Positions 39,041 to 48,365 of a stretch of 64,000 nt of DNA are shown here, one piece after another (position 1 is the first letter of the stretch; every line of letters begins with the position of its first letter). The notes below the pieces were generated by a model. That model was not told the DNA's origin, did no database searches, and worked only from the letters and a program-made list of their open reading frames with translations. Source of the stretch: Abditibacterium sp. (GTDB lineage Bacteria; Armatimonadota; Abditibacteriia; Abditibacteriales; Abditibacteriaceae); the NCBI GenBank assembly GCA_965246885.1, contig OZ251992.1, positions 1,504,001 through 1,568,000 of the forward strand, given 5' to 3'. The translations under genes and the position numbers were made by a program.

Positions 39041-39628
39041 TTAGCCGGTGCGCCCTTGAATGTCGAGCGTGCCGTCGCCGACTTCGACCGATTCGACGCG
39101 CGCGGCGCCTTTGTCCTTGAGGGCGTGCTTCAAGCCGTCGTCAACGGCGCGTTGCACCTTGGCCTTCCACGATGCGGGGGCGGGGAACAGGCCGCCCAAG
39201 GACAGGGAATCGAGCGTGAACGCGACGCCGCCCCCGCGCGCGGCGAGTTTGCCCGCGAGGGAGACCGGCGCGGCGAGGCCCTTGTAACTGGCGTCCGCTT
39301 CGAGGATAAGCAGCCCGCCTTGCAGCCCGACGCGCGCGTTTTTGAAGGGCAGGTTTTGGGCGCGGAGGCGGTCTTGGAGCAGGGTGTTGAGTTCGTCTTG
39401 CGACAGGGAAAGGGTAAAGGCGCGCTTGTCTTTGTGGCGTACGCGCCGCGTGATGGCTTCGATGCGCCTGACCGCGCTTTGCGCCGCGATACGCCGTTTG
39501 CCTTGCTCGGCGTGGGGCAGGGCGGCGAAGTTAACTACCGTCACACGGGGCGCTGGCGGGCGCGCGACCCACGCCGCCGCGCCGCCAAGAGCAGCCACAA
39601 TCAGGGCAAATACCAATAGCCGTTTCAT
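39041..39628 (-). CDS. Membrane-anchored hypothetical protein
   Basis: N-terminal hydrophobic anchor, LSQDELNTLL motif, beta-rich C-terminus; start inferred at MKRLLVF. Confidence 0.7.
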   Translation of the reverse strand: MKRLLVFALIVAALGGAAAWVARPPAPRVTVVNFAALPHAEQGKRRIAAQSAVRRIEAITRRVRHKDKRAFTLSLSQDELNTLLQDRLRAQNLPFKNARVGLQGGLLILEADASYKGLAAPVSLAGKLAARGGGVAFTLDSLSLGGLFPAPASWKAKVQRAVDDGLKHALKDKGAARVESVEVGDGTLDIQGRTG

Positions 39629-39648
39629 GCGGGAGCGTTGCGGGAGCC

Positions 39649-40254
39649 TTAACTGAGCCTGCGGCCAATGTCGGAGCGCACGGCGTAGCAGATGGCGATG
39701 GCGAGGGCATCCGCGAGGTCGGGCGGGTGAAGCGGGGCGGCGATTTGCAAGCGGGCTTTGACGGCGCTTTGGATGCTCGACTTGGTGGCGTGTCCGTTGC
39801 CAGCGACGGTTTGCTTGACTTCGTTGGGCGTGAAAGTGTGAACGGGACGCCCCGCTTGCGCCGCCGCCAGAATCAACACGCCCCGCGCGTGCGCGAGCAT
39901 CAAGGCCGAGCGTGGGTGGGCGTAGGTCGAGAACAAGTCCTCGATGACGACGATTTCTGGGCGGTACTCGGCGAGCACTTCCGCGAGGCCGCAATGCAGC
40001 GCTTGGAGGCGGTCAGGCAGAGGGAGCGATTCTTTGCCGCGCAAAACGCCGCCCTCGACCAGTTTTAAACACTTGCCGCCGTCCGCTAAGTCGGACTCAA
40101 TTAGTCCGTATCCGGTGCGGGACAAACCGGGGTCAATGCCCAAGATGCGCGTGAGGCCATTCGTGGGCGCCGGGTTTTTCGCGCGTCCGCGCGCGCCGAG
40201 TTCGGGGCGCCGAATCGAAGCGGTGGGCAAGTTGAGGGCGCGGGTGCGAAGCAT
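39649..40254 (-). CDS. ruvC: Holliday junction resolvase RuvC
   Basis: ILGIDPGLSRTGYG, VVIED, HARGV, VKQTVAGNGHATK, DLADALAIA; start uncertain. Confidence 0.95.
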   Translation of the reverse strand: MLRTRALNLPTASIRRPELGARGRAKNPAPTNGLTRILGIDPGLSRTGYGLIESDLADGGKCLKLVEGGVLRGKESLPLPDRLQALHCGLAEVLAEYRPEIVVIEDLFSTYAHPRSALMLAHARGVLILAAAQAGRPVHTFTPNEVKQTVAGNGHATKSSIQSAVKARLQIAAPLHPPDLADALAIAICYAVRSDIGRRLS

Positions 40255-40258
40255 GTTT

Positions 40259-40334
40259 GAGTGCGGAATTCGGAGTCGGAGTGCGGAATAATCGGGCTTT
40301 GACTACTCCGCACCCTGTACTCGCCACTCCGCAT
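40259..40334. repeat. Heptamer-repeat inverted element (gagtgcg/actccgc)
   Basis: Left arm gagtgcg-gaattcg-gagtcg-gagtgcg; right arm actccgc-accctgt-actcgcc-actccgc. Confidence 0.65.
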
Positions 40335-40339
40335 TTATT

Positions 40340-40387
40340 ATCGCATTACTCCCCAGTGTCGGGATCGCACTACTCCCCAGTGTCGGG
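40340..40387. repeat. 24-bp tandem duplication of the protease gene 3' end
   Basis: atcgcattactccccagtgtcggg / atcgcactactccccagtgtcggg (1 mismatch). Confidence 0.9.
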
Positions 40388-41692
40388 GCGGTCGCCGATC
40401 TTGAGTTTGAGGGTCTGCTTGACGGAGTTGTTGCGCAGTATCTCGACTTGCACTTCGGCGCCCGGCTTGCGGCCTTCGACGTTGGCCACGACTTCTTTGT
40501 CCGAGTGGATGGATTTGCCGCCGATGGAGCGGAGAACGTCGCCCGGCTTGATGCCCGCTTTTTCGGCGGGTGAACCGGGGGTGACGCCCTTGACGAGGGC
40601 GCCGACCTTATCGGGCAGACCGTAGTCCTGCTTGATGGCATCGTCTATAGTTTGGACGTTGACGCCCAAATAAGGGTGAAAAACGCGCCCGTGCGCGATG
40701 ATCTCGTCGGCCACTTTCTTGGCTTTGTTGATGGGGATGGAAAAGCCCAAGCCTTGGCCGATGGGAATGATGGCGGTGTTGATGCCGATAACTTCCCCCT
40801 TCAAGTTGATGAGCGGCCCGCCCGAATTGCCGGGGTTAATCGCGGTATCGGTTTGCAGCATGTCCGTTAGGTCGAACGAGCCGCCGTCGTTTGAGCCTTC
40901 ATTGGCGGGCACGGGAAGGGTACGCCCCGTCGCAGAAAGCACGCCGCACGTCACGGTGTTCTCCTGACCGAAGGGGTTTCCAATCGCTACTGTCCACTCG
41001 CCCACGTCCAGCTTCTTCGGGTCGGTGAACGTCGCCAACTTGACCTGCGGAAGCGTGCGGTCAGCCAGTTGCACGACGGCGATGTCGGAGCGCCGGTCGA
41101 AGCCGAGCACCTTGCCGGTAATCTTCTTGCCGTCGCGGGTGGTGACTTGGAGTTCCTTGGCACCCGCCGCGACGTGGGCGTTGGTCAGCATGTAACCGTT
41201 CTTGGTGTCAAACACAAACCCCGTTCCTTTGCCTTTGCGCTCCTGCTGGTTTTCCTGTTGCCCCGGACGCGGCAGGTAAGCCGATTTGCCGGTTTTGCCA
41301 AACGTCGTATCCACGTTCATCACGGCTGGCCCGACTTCGCGCGCGACCTGCGCAACAGGATTAGCGCCCTCGAACGAGCCGCCGCCCGTTGGCATCCCGC
41401 CCCCCGCGCTCCCGCGTCCAAGCACGATGCCCGTCCCCAGCAGCGCCGCCGACAACAGCGCACCGCCCAGCATCGCTAACAGCGAGTTCGTCGCTTTCCC
41501 CGCGTTCGCCGGTTCTTCGGCGATGTAGCGCGAGGGTGCGGGCGCTGTCATCGGCGCGGGCACCATGTGCGGCGCGAACGACGGCTCCGGCGCGAGGGGA
41601 AGCGGCGCGGACGCAACGGGCGCGGCGACTTCGGTAACAGTGGGCGCAGGCGGTTCGGGGCCGGGTGAAAATGGGGTGGGCGCGTCGTTCAT
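40370..41692 (-). CDS. HtrA/DegP-family serine protease with PDZ domain
   Basis: LTNAHV, SDIAVV, QTDTAINPGNSGGPL, one PDZ domain; N-terminal Pro-rich region and TM helix. Confidence 0.95.
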   Translation of the reverse strand: MNDAPTPFSPGPEPPAPTVTEVAAPVASAPLPLAPEPSFAPHMVPAPMTAPAPSRYIAEEPANAGKATNSLLAMLGGALLSAALLGTGIVLGRGSAGGGMPTGGGSFEGANPVAQVAREVGPAVMNVDTTFGKTGKSAYLPRPGQQENQQERKGKGTGFVFDTKNGYMLTNAHVAAGAKELQVTTRDGKKITGKVLGFDRRSDIAVVQLADRTLPQVKLATFTDPKKLDVGEWTVAIGNPFGQENTVTCGVLSATGRTLPVPANEGSNDGGSFDLTDMLQTDTAINPGNSGGPLINLKGEVIGINTAIIPIGQGLGFSIPINKAKKVADEIIAHGRVFHPYLGVNVQTIDDAIKQDYGLPDKVGALVKGVTPGSPAEKAGIKPGDVLRSIGGKSIHSDKEVVANVEGRKPGAEVQVEILRNNSVKQTLKLKIGDRPDTGE

Positions 41693-41749
41693 AAGCAGTG
41701 GCGAAAGTTTAAACTCCCCGGCGCGTTCGCGCCGGGGAGCCTTGAGATG

Positions 41750-42232
41750 TCAAAGATACGGCTTCAATAGCGCCTGATACCCCGCGAGCGTTTGCTCCTG
41801 CGTTACGACTTTGGCGAGGGCGCCCTTGCGGTTGTAAATGTAGGTGCGCGGCAGGGCGACCGTTTCCTTGTTCTTGGGGTCGAAACTCCCGAAGAAGATG
41901 TCTATATCGGTCGAAATAAGGCGCGTCAGCCGGTGGCCTTTGGCTCCGGCAACCGAAGCGACTTTCGGCTTCTGGCCGGGGTCGTCGGCGGAAACCAGCA
42001 GCAAGACCGCGCCCTTGTTCTTCGCGCTTAGCTGCGCCAAGGCGGGCAACTCCTGCACGCACGGCTGGCACCACGTCGCCCAGAAATTCACCACGACAAC
42101 CTTGCCCTTGTTGCGGGCGATCTCGGCGCGCAACGATTGCGGCGTGACCATGCGCACCGTCGCGGGCGCGGCGTGGGCGGTACTGGCTCCCGCGAGAAAG
42201 GCAAAAAGAGCGGCGGTGTGTTGGATGCGCAT
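41750..42232 (-). CDS. TlpA-family thiol-disulfide oxidoreductase
   Basis: Signal peptide; VVNFWATWCQPC..ELP; LPRT. Confidence 0.92.
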   Translation of the reverse strand: MRIQHTAALFAFLAGASTAHAAPATVRMVTPQSLRAEIARNKGKVVVVNFWATWCQPCVQELPALAQLSAKNKGAVLLLVSADDPGQKPKVASVAGAKGHRLTRLISTDIDIFFGSFDPKNKETVALPRTYIYNRKGALAKVVTQEQTLAGYQALLKPYL

Positions 42233-42254
42233 GATGAGTGTTGGAGACGCCCGG

Positions 42255-43202
42255 TTAACCTACGCGGTTCGCGGTCGCGGCGGCGGATTGCAAATCGAGA
42301 ACGCGCGGTTTCCACGCCAATTCTTCCAAGCGGCGCTGGTAATCGTCCGCCGTCTTGTCGCCCATTGCCGCGAAGATGCCTTCCATGACGTTAGTGCCGA
42401 ACGAACGCCCCGAAAACTCTGGCGTAGTGGTGATGAGCCGCTCCAGACCGCGCTCGCGCAGGAGGGCGATGTCGTCGCTCGTGACGGTATTGGTGATAAT
42501 GGTCTTGTCCGAGAGGTCGGCAGGCAAAAAGCGGCGGATCAGCAGGAAGTCGCCCGCGATGACCTCGTTCTCCGCGAAGAAGCGGCGGTGGAGAGGTTTG
42601 TCGAGTATTTGGGTTTGTTTTTCGCCCGTTGGATACAAGAGCGCGAAGGGCAAGCGGCCCGCGATGGGCAACACCCACGTGGCGGCGCGGCGAACGGCGC
42701 GCAGGGTTTTCATGCGAAACGGCAGCGACAGCACGAAGATCCAGTCGCCGAACGACACATCGGCGCCTACGCGCACCAACTCTTCGGCCATGCCAAATCG
42801 GTCGGCGGCGCTGGTCAGCCCGACTTTGGCGCCGCGAAAATCAAGGACTCCCTCGTCTTGGAGCCAGCGAATGGCGGCGCGTTCGAGAGTGTCCTTCAAA
42901 CCCGACCCGTCCACGACGGGCGTCTTCGTGGCGGCGCGGGCCAATCTTTGCGCGTCGCGCACCGGGTAGCGCACGCCGCCCGCCACTAAAAAAAGGTCAA
43001 TGCCACCCAAACCAATGGCCGCAACGTGTCCATCGAGTTCGCGGATAAGGCTTTCGGCGCGTCCCAAGTCGCCGTCGGTGCCGCGCCGTTCGAGTTGCCA
43101 AGAGTGGCCCAACAAGTGCGCGCACGCGACGTGATCGCGCGAGGCGGATCCCAGTGAGACGGACACCACCCGCAATGTTTCGTCGTTGGATGCTTCGATC
43201 AT
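42255..43202 (-). CDS. Conserved hypothetical protein (family often auto-annotated 'quinate 5-dehydrogenase')
   Basis: VVSVSLGSASRD, GTDGD, GLGGIDL, VVDGSGLK, GRSFGTNVME. Confidence 0.7.
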   Translation of the reverse strand: MIEASNDETLRVVSVSLGSASRDHVACAHLLGHSWQLERRGTDGDLGRAESLIRELDGHVAAIGLGGIDLFLVAGGVRYPVRDAQRLARAATKTPVVDGSGLKDTLERAAIRWLQDEGVLDFRGAKVGLTSAADRFGMAEELVRVGADVSFGDWIFVLSLPFRMKTLRAVRRAATWVLPIAGRLPFALLYPTGEKQTQILDKPLHRRFFAENEVIAGDFLLIRRFLPADLSDKTIITNTVTSDDIALLRERGLERLITTTPEFSGRSFGTNVMEGIFAAMGDKTADDYQRRLEELAWKPRVLDLQSAAATANRVG

Positions 43203-43301
43203 CCCGCGCAGTATGTCCGTTTTGGCGAATAGGTCGCCATAGGTAGCGCCGCCCCGGTTTGTGCTTTGGCGCAAAGTGAAGCAAACTACGAGTTTCCTTT
43301 T

Positions 43302-44792
43302 ATGTCGCTTTGGTTTCAGGTTCTGGCGCCGCCGCGCGAGCAGGCACCCCCGGCAGTGGATTTTCCTCCCACCGTCGGAGGGGAACTGTCGCGCCGCGCG
43401 GCTCCTCCCCGGCCCAATGCCTCCACTTCCCCCCTTGGACTGCGCGACGACATCCGCGACGCCGAACTGCTGTTGGCCGCCTTTCGCACCCTCCTGCTCG
43501 TCGTCTTAGCTCTGGCGCCGTATGTCTTGCACGTACAGGAAGCGTTCTCGCCCACCTCGATTGGCCTCATGGCCGTTGGCGGCGTCTACAACATCGCAAT
43601 GGGCGTGGCGTGCCTGTTCCCGACGCGCTTCGGCGTGCGGCGGCCCATCGTGTTGGCGATGGACACCACCCTCATCACGGCGTGGATTTCCCTGTCGGGC
43701 CGCTTCGAGTTAGTCTCGTTCTACTTCGTGGTCGTGGTGGTGGCGGCGATGTGGTTTCGCGTATTGGGCGGCGTGGTCGCGGCGGCGGTGTGCAATTTCC
43801 TGTTTCTCTTTCTGTGGGCGCGCATCGCCGCCGAAGCGCCCTTTTTAGGGCGCGTCGAAGCATTTCCCTTTTCGATGGCCGTCAATTCCGCGCTGCTTTT
43901 TGTCGTGGGCGCCCTGACCGGCTACATTTCCGAAGCGCAAGAGCGCGAGCGCGGCGCCCGCTTAGAGCGCGAACTGCTTATCGCCAGCTACCAGAACGAG
44001 CTTGACGTATCGGGCGCCATGCAGCCGCTTCTTATTGGGCGTCCCGACTTCTCGACGCCCTTCGAGTTCGGTCTCGCTTTTCGCTCCGCCCGCGCGGTGG
44101 GCGGCGATTACCTCGATGTATTGCCCCTTCCCGATGGCCGCGTATTGGGCTGCATCGCCGACGTATCGGGCAAATCCGTGCGCGCCCAAGCCCGCGTGCC
44201 GCTTCTCAAATACTCCCTACGCGCCCTCGCGCCCTTGCACCCTGACCCGGTGGAGCTGATGGCGCGTTTGCAAACGACGCTCGCGCCCGACTTGGGGCCG
44301 GAACTTTATATCGCGGTGTGCCTGGTTGTTTTCGACGCCGCCACTACTTCTCTGACGTGGTGCAATGCGGGTCACATCGCGCCGCTCTTGGTGCGCTTGG
44401 GAGGGGAAGTGCTGGAACTGGAAACTACCTGTCCCCCGCTTGGATTGTGGCCGGAAATCGAGCCAGTTGGCAAGAAAATCGCGTGGAAGCCGGGGGACGC
44501 CTTGTTGATGGCAACGGATGGCTTGAGCGACGCGCTTTCTTTTGGCGGCGAAGTGGACGGCGAAGCGCAAGTCCGTTTGCTCACGCCGCGTCTGGTCGGC
44601 GAAAACGCGGTCGGGGCGCCCGACGCGGCGCGCAAGATGGTGGAGTTGGCCGAAGCCGCCTTGGAGAACAACTCCTTCGTCGCGCGGCACTTTTCGATGG
44701 GCGATGAACTCGAAGAGCCGCACGCTCACGCCGACGATTGCGCCGTTTTGGTCGCGCGCTTCCCTGAAAAGGCGGGAAGGGACGCAAAATAA
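43302..44792 (+). CDS. Membrane-bound PP2C/SpoIIE family phosphatase
   Basis: TM N-half; VGGDYLD, IADVSGK, CNAGH, TDGLSD, DDCAVL. Confidence 0.92.
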   Translation: MSLWFQVLAPPREQAPPAVDFPPTVGGELSRRAAPPRPNASTSPLGLRDDIRDAELLLAAFRTLLLVVLALAPYVLHVQEAFSPTSIGLMAVGGVYNIAMGVACLFPTRFGVRRPIVLAMDTTLITAWISLSGRFELVSFYFVVVVVAAMWFRVLGGVVAAAVCNFLFLFLWARIAAEAPFLGRVEAFPFSMAVNSALLFVVGALTGYISEAQERERGARLERELLIASYQNELDVSGAMQPLLIGRPDFSTPFEFGLAFRSARAVGGDYLDVLPLPDGRVLGCIADVSGKSVRAQARVPLLKYSLRALAPLHPDPVELMARLQTTLAPDLGPELYIAVCLVVFDAATTSLTWCNAGHIAPLLVRLGGEVLELETTCPPLGLWPEIEPVGKKIAWKPGDALLMATDGLSDALSFGGEVDGEAQVRLLTPRLVGENAVGAPDAARKMVELAEAALENNSFVARHFSMGDELEEPHAHADDCAVLVARFPEKAGRDAK

Positions 44793-44797
44793 GCGCT

Positions 44798-44955
44798 CAG
44801 AGAGGGCGGCGAGCGGGTGACAGATGTCTCTCATCGCGTGAGGGAGGTCGCTGATGGGGCGACAGACGTCTGTCAGAGGAAGGGGGGCGTCTGTGGCGGA
44901 AAGAGGGACGTCGTTCACCGCGCGACAGACGTCTCTGGCGTGGTGACGGGAGGAG
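44798..44955. repeat. 21-bp palindromic array (same family as 17035-17197) flanked by a 9-bp direct repeat
   Basis: Units tgacagatgtctctca.., cgacagacgtctgtca.., cgacagacgtctctgg..; ataagcgct at 44789-44797 and 44956-44964. Confidence 0.88.
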
Positions 44956-45131
44956 ATAAGCGCTAACGCTTCGCACTTTGGGATTATGCGTCCAAAGCGC
45001 GAAGAGCTATGGAAGATTCCAAGACAAAAAAGTGCCTAAAGAGAACTTGCGCCGGGTCTGAGAAGTCTGTAGATTCAATATCCGAGCCGGGGAATCAGAA
45101 TTGCTGCCGGAGAGGGAGACGAGGAGTTTCG

Positions 45132-45425
45132 ATGTTTAACCTTTTTGGAAAGCGGGCCGCCACGAAAAGCGCCCATCACGACCATCAAATGACGTGCACG
45201 TCCCTGTGTTGCGCCCGACCCGGCGCGCGTGTGTGCGTGCTCGAAGTTGGTGGCTCTGACATCGAAGCCTGTAAGTTACGCGACCTCGGTGTGCGTGAAG
45301 GTGCCATCGTCTCGCTTCTGAGTCACGGCGACCCGATTCTGGTGCGCGTGGACGGCGCCCGTATTGGCCTCGCCGAATCCGCCGCGCAGAACGTTTTGTG
45401 CGAGTATTTGCCGGACGCCAAGTAG
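45132..45425 (+). CDS. feoA: FeoA family protein with His/Cys-rich N-terminus
   Basis: KLRDLGVREG, GDPILV, RIGL; GAGGAG RBS. Confidence 0.85.
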   Translation: MFNLFGKRAATKSAHHDHQMTCTSLCCARPGARVCVLEVGGSDIEACKLRDLGVREGAIVSLLSHGDPILVRVDGARIGLAESAAQNVLCEYLPDAK

Positions 45426-45647
45426 ATGACCCTCGCGCAACTCCAAGTCGGCGACGCCGCCCGCGTCCTTTCGCTGGGCGAGGGCGAAGCCGCCGAACGG
45501 ATGATGGAAATGGGCTTGGTCGAAGGCACGCAATTCTTCGTCGTGCGATTCGCCCCGTTAGGCGACCCCATCGAGATCGAAATGCGCGGTTACCACCTGT
45601 CGCTGCGCCGAGCTGAAGCGATGGGCGTTGTAGTTGAGAAGCTGTGA
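45426..45647 (+). CDS. feoA: Ferrous iron transport protein A
   Basis: RMMEMGLVEG, APLGDPIEI, LSLRRAEA. Confidence 0.95.
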   Translation: MTLAQLQVGDAARVLSLGEGEAAERMMEMGLVEGTQFFVVRFAPLGDPIEIEMRGYHLSLRRAEAMGVVVEKL

Positions 45648-45650
45648 AAC

Positions 45651-45845
45651 ATGAATGGCACGCTTGGCCTGCTCGCTCTTGCTCTGCTCGCTGTTTGCGT
45701 TGTTTGGCTCATCATCTTCGAGGCCGTCCGTAGTTGGGCTTCTTCGCGTAATTGGAGAAGTGCCGCTGGCTGTGTTGGGCCGATAGGCGGAGTCATTTGG
45801 TTCTTGTTGGCATTGGTTTCTTTGTTAACCGCTCGATTGCACTGA
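45651..45845 (+). CDS. Small two-TM membrane protein
   Basis: 64 aa with two hydrophobic segments; ATG follows the feoA stop by 3 nt. Confidence 0.55.
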   Translation: MNGTLGLLALALLAVCVVWLIIFEAVRSWASSRNWRSAAGCVGPIGGVIWFLLALVSLLTARLH

Positions 45846-45924
45846 CTAACTGCGGACACCTGATCGTAAACCCACATGGGGCGGCGTCCCCTCTCTTTCG
45901 TCTTCTAATCAACTCCCTACAGCC

Positions 45925-48045
45925 ATGCCAACTCCCACTCTCGCGCCCGCCCGCACACGAACTATTGCGCTCGTGGGCAATCCCAACGCGGGCAAGACGA
46001 CGCTGTTTAACGCCCTCACGGGGCTACGGCAAAAGGTCGGCAACTACCCCGGCGTGACGGTCGAGAAGAAAGAAGGGCGCGCGAAGCTGACGGGCGAGGT
46101 CGAGGCGACCATCCTCGATTTGCCGGGGACATATTCGCTCGCGCCCAAGTCGCCCGACGAGGAAGTGGCGCGCGACGTGTTGCTCGGCCTGCGCGCCGAT
46201 ACGCCCGCGCCGGACGCGGTGCTGGTCGTGGTGGACGCTTCCAACTTGGAGCGCAACCTGTATTTGGCGACGCAGGTGCTGGAGTTGGGCCTACCGTGCG
46301 TCCTCGCGCTCAACATGGTGGATGTCGCGGCGCGCGCGGGGAGGGCAGTGAACGCGGGGCAACTGAGTGAGGATTTGGGGTGTCCCGTCGTGCCCGTTAT
46401 CGCGGTGAAGAGCGAAGGGTTGGAGGAACTCCGCGCGGCTTTGGCGGGCGAACTGCCGATTCCCAACCCGCCCGTGTTGGAGCTTTCCCCGGCTTTAGCC
46501 GAGGCGCGCGACCGCCTCACTCATGTGCTGTCGCCCGCCGTCGAAACGGAGCGCACGAGCGGGCCGCGCGGTCTCGCGCTGCGCCTCATTTGCGGCAACG
46601 CGCCGGATGAGCGCGTGCGCGAGCGGTTCGGGGCGGGCGTAGTGGAATTGTTGGAAGAGTTCCGCGCTGAGGGGTTGAAGCCCGCGATGGAAACCGCGCC
46701 GCGCTACCGCGCCTTGAGCGCTGTCGTGTTGCGTGCAACGCAACACGACGCACGGGCCGCCAAGTCGTTCACCGATCGGGCGGACGCCATCTTAACGCAC
46801 CGCGTGTGGGGGTTGGTCTGCTTTGCCGCCGTCGTGCTGCTGGTGTTCCAGTCCATTTACACGCTCGCCGACTGGCCGATGCGCGGCATCGAAGGGCTGA
46901 CGACGGGCGCGCAGAACTTCCTTTCGACGCACCTTCCCAATGGGCCATTGCGCGACCTACTCGTGAACGGCGCCATCGCGGGCGTGGGCGCGGTGCTCGT
47001 GTTCGTGCCGCAAATCATGATCCTCTTTTTCTTTCTGGGCATCCTCGAAGACACGGGATACATGGCGCGGGCGGCGTTCATCATGGACAAGACGATGGGC
47101 CGCGTCGGGCTACACGGGCGCGCGTTCATTCCACTTCTCAGTTCCTTTGCGTGCGCCATTCCGGGCGTGTTGGCGACGCGCACCATCGCCTCGCGGCGCG
47201 ACAGGATGACGACCATCCTAATTGCGCCCCTGATGAGTTGCTCGGCGCGCTTGCCGGTGTATACGCTGATGATTGGCGCTTTCATCCCCGAATTCCGTGT
47301 GTTGGGCTTTGTCTCGTCGCGTGCGCTGACCATGTTCGGGTGCTACGTGTTGGGCGTCTTGGTGGCGATGGGCGCGGCGTGGGTTTTCAAAAAGACGCTC
47401 TTTCAAGGCCCGCCGCCCGCGCTGATGCTGGAACTGCCGCCCTACAAGATGCCCGCCCTGCGCAACCTGCTGGTGACAATGTGGGACAGGTCGAGCGAGT
47501 TCCTCAAGCGCGCGGGGACGACCATCTTCGCCATCTCCATCCTACTTTGGTTTGCGCTCAACTATCCGAAGCCCCCCTCTGCGCTGTTGGCAGCGCAACC
47601 CGACGACGCGGCGCGCTCGGCCTTAATAGCGCAGCACTCGGCGGCGGGGCGCGTCGGGCATGCGATTGAGCCGCTCATTGCGCCCATTGGCTTCAATTGG
47701 AAGATTGGCATCGGGCTGATTGGGGCGATGACGGCGCGCGAGGTATTCGTCTCAACTATGGGCACGGTGTATAGCGTGGGCGACGCGGACGAGAAGTCGT
47801 TGCCCCTGCGCGAAAACATGCGTCGCGACCGTTGGCCCGACGGTCGACCGGTGTGGACGACGCTGACGGCGGTTTCGATTCTCGTTTACTTCGTCATCGC
47901 CATGCAGTGTATGTCTACGCTCGCCGTCGTGCGGCGCGAAACCGGCGGTTGGGGCTGGCCGTTATTTATGCAGGTGTATATGACCGCGCTCGCGTGGCTG
48001 GCCTCGTTTGCCGTCTTTCAAGGCGGACGCGCCCTTGGTTGGTGA
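45925..48045 (+). CDS. feoB: Ferrous iron transport protein B
   Basis: GNPNAGKT, VGNYPGVTVE, DLPGTYSL, NMVD, LEDTGYMARAAF, CSARLPVY. Confidence 0.97.
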   Translation: MPTPTLAPARTRTIALVGNPNAGKTTLFNALTGLRQKVGNYPGVTVEKKEGRAKLTGEVEATILDLPGTYSLAPKSPDEEVARDVLLGLRADTPAPDAVLVVVDASNLERNLYLATQVLELGLPCVLALNMVDVAARAGRAVNAGQLSEDLGCPVVPVIAVKSEGLEELRAALAGELPIPNPPVLELSPALAEARDRLTHVLSPAVETERTSGPRGLALRLICGNAPDERVRERFGAGVVELLEEFRAEGLKPAMETAPRYRALSAVVLRATQHDARAAKSFTDRADAILTHRVWGLVCFAAVVLLVFQSIYTLADWPMRGIEGLTTGAQNFLSTHLPNGPLRDLLVNGAIAGVGAVLVFVPQIMILFFFLGILEDTGYMARAAFIMDKTMGRVGLHGRAFIPLLSSFACAIPGVLATRTIASRRDRMTTILIAPLMSCSARLPVYTLMIGAFIPEFRVLGFVSSRALTMFGCYVLGVLVAMGAAWVFKKTLFQGPPPALMLELPPYKMPALRNLLVTMWDRSSEFLKRAGTTIFAISILLWFALNYPKPPSALLAAQPDDAARSALIAQHSAAGRVGHAIEPLIAPIGFNWKIGIGLIGAMTAREVFVSTMGTVYSVGDADEKSLPLRENMRRDRWPDGRPVWTTLTAVSILVYFVIAMQCMSTLAVVRRETGGWGWPLFMQVYMTALAWLASFAVFQGGRALGW

Positions 48046-48052
48046 ACCTCCT

Positions 48053-48244
48053 ATGAACATTCAAGACCTCGCCGTTTTCGCCATCGTCGCCCTCGCCGCG
48101 ACCTATCTCGTCCGCGACTGGCTCCGCGCGTCCAAGTCGGACGGCGGTTGCGGCAAGTGCCATAGTTGCCCCTCCAAAGCCCCCGCCAAGCCAGAAGCGC
48201 AACTGGTGCAGATTGATTTGGGCGGCAGTTGGAAGCGGCCTTGA
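48053..48244 (+). CDS. FeoB-associated Cys-rich membrane protein
   Basis: TM helix followed by GGCGKCHSCP, directly after feoB. Confidence 0.85.
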   Translation: MNIQDLAVFAIVALAATYLVRDWLRASKSDGGCGKCHSCPSKAPAKPEAQLVQIDLGGSWKRP

Positions 48245-48365
48245 TGGGGGTTGAAATTTGCTTGTGGAGAGTGGCACGACTGGCCGTTTGTTTGAGCGGA
48301 GTTGTGCTTTCTTTGGTGCGGCCTTCACACTGTTGGGAGCCGTCCCTCTTTACTTCCATCTTTTC

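Noticed and set aside
39041..39994. 317-aa version of the ORF downstream of ruvC
   Set aside because: The N-terminal part overlaps ruvC out of frame; the plausible start is 39628
44966..45130. Known metal riboswitch (NiCo/czcD, yybP-ykoY) before feo
   Set aside because: I could not match consensus motifs by eye; an Infernal/Rfam scan would be needed
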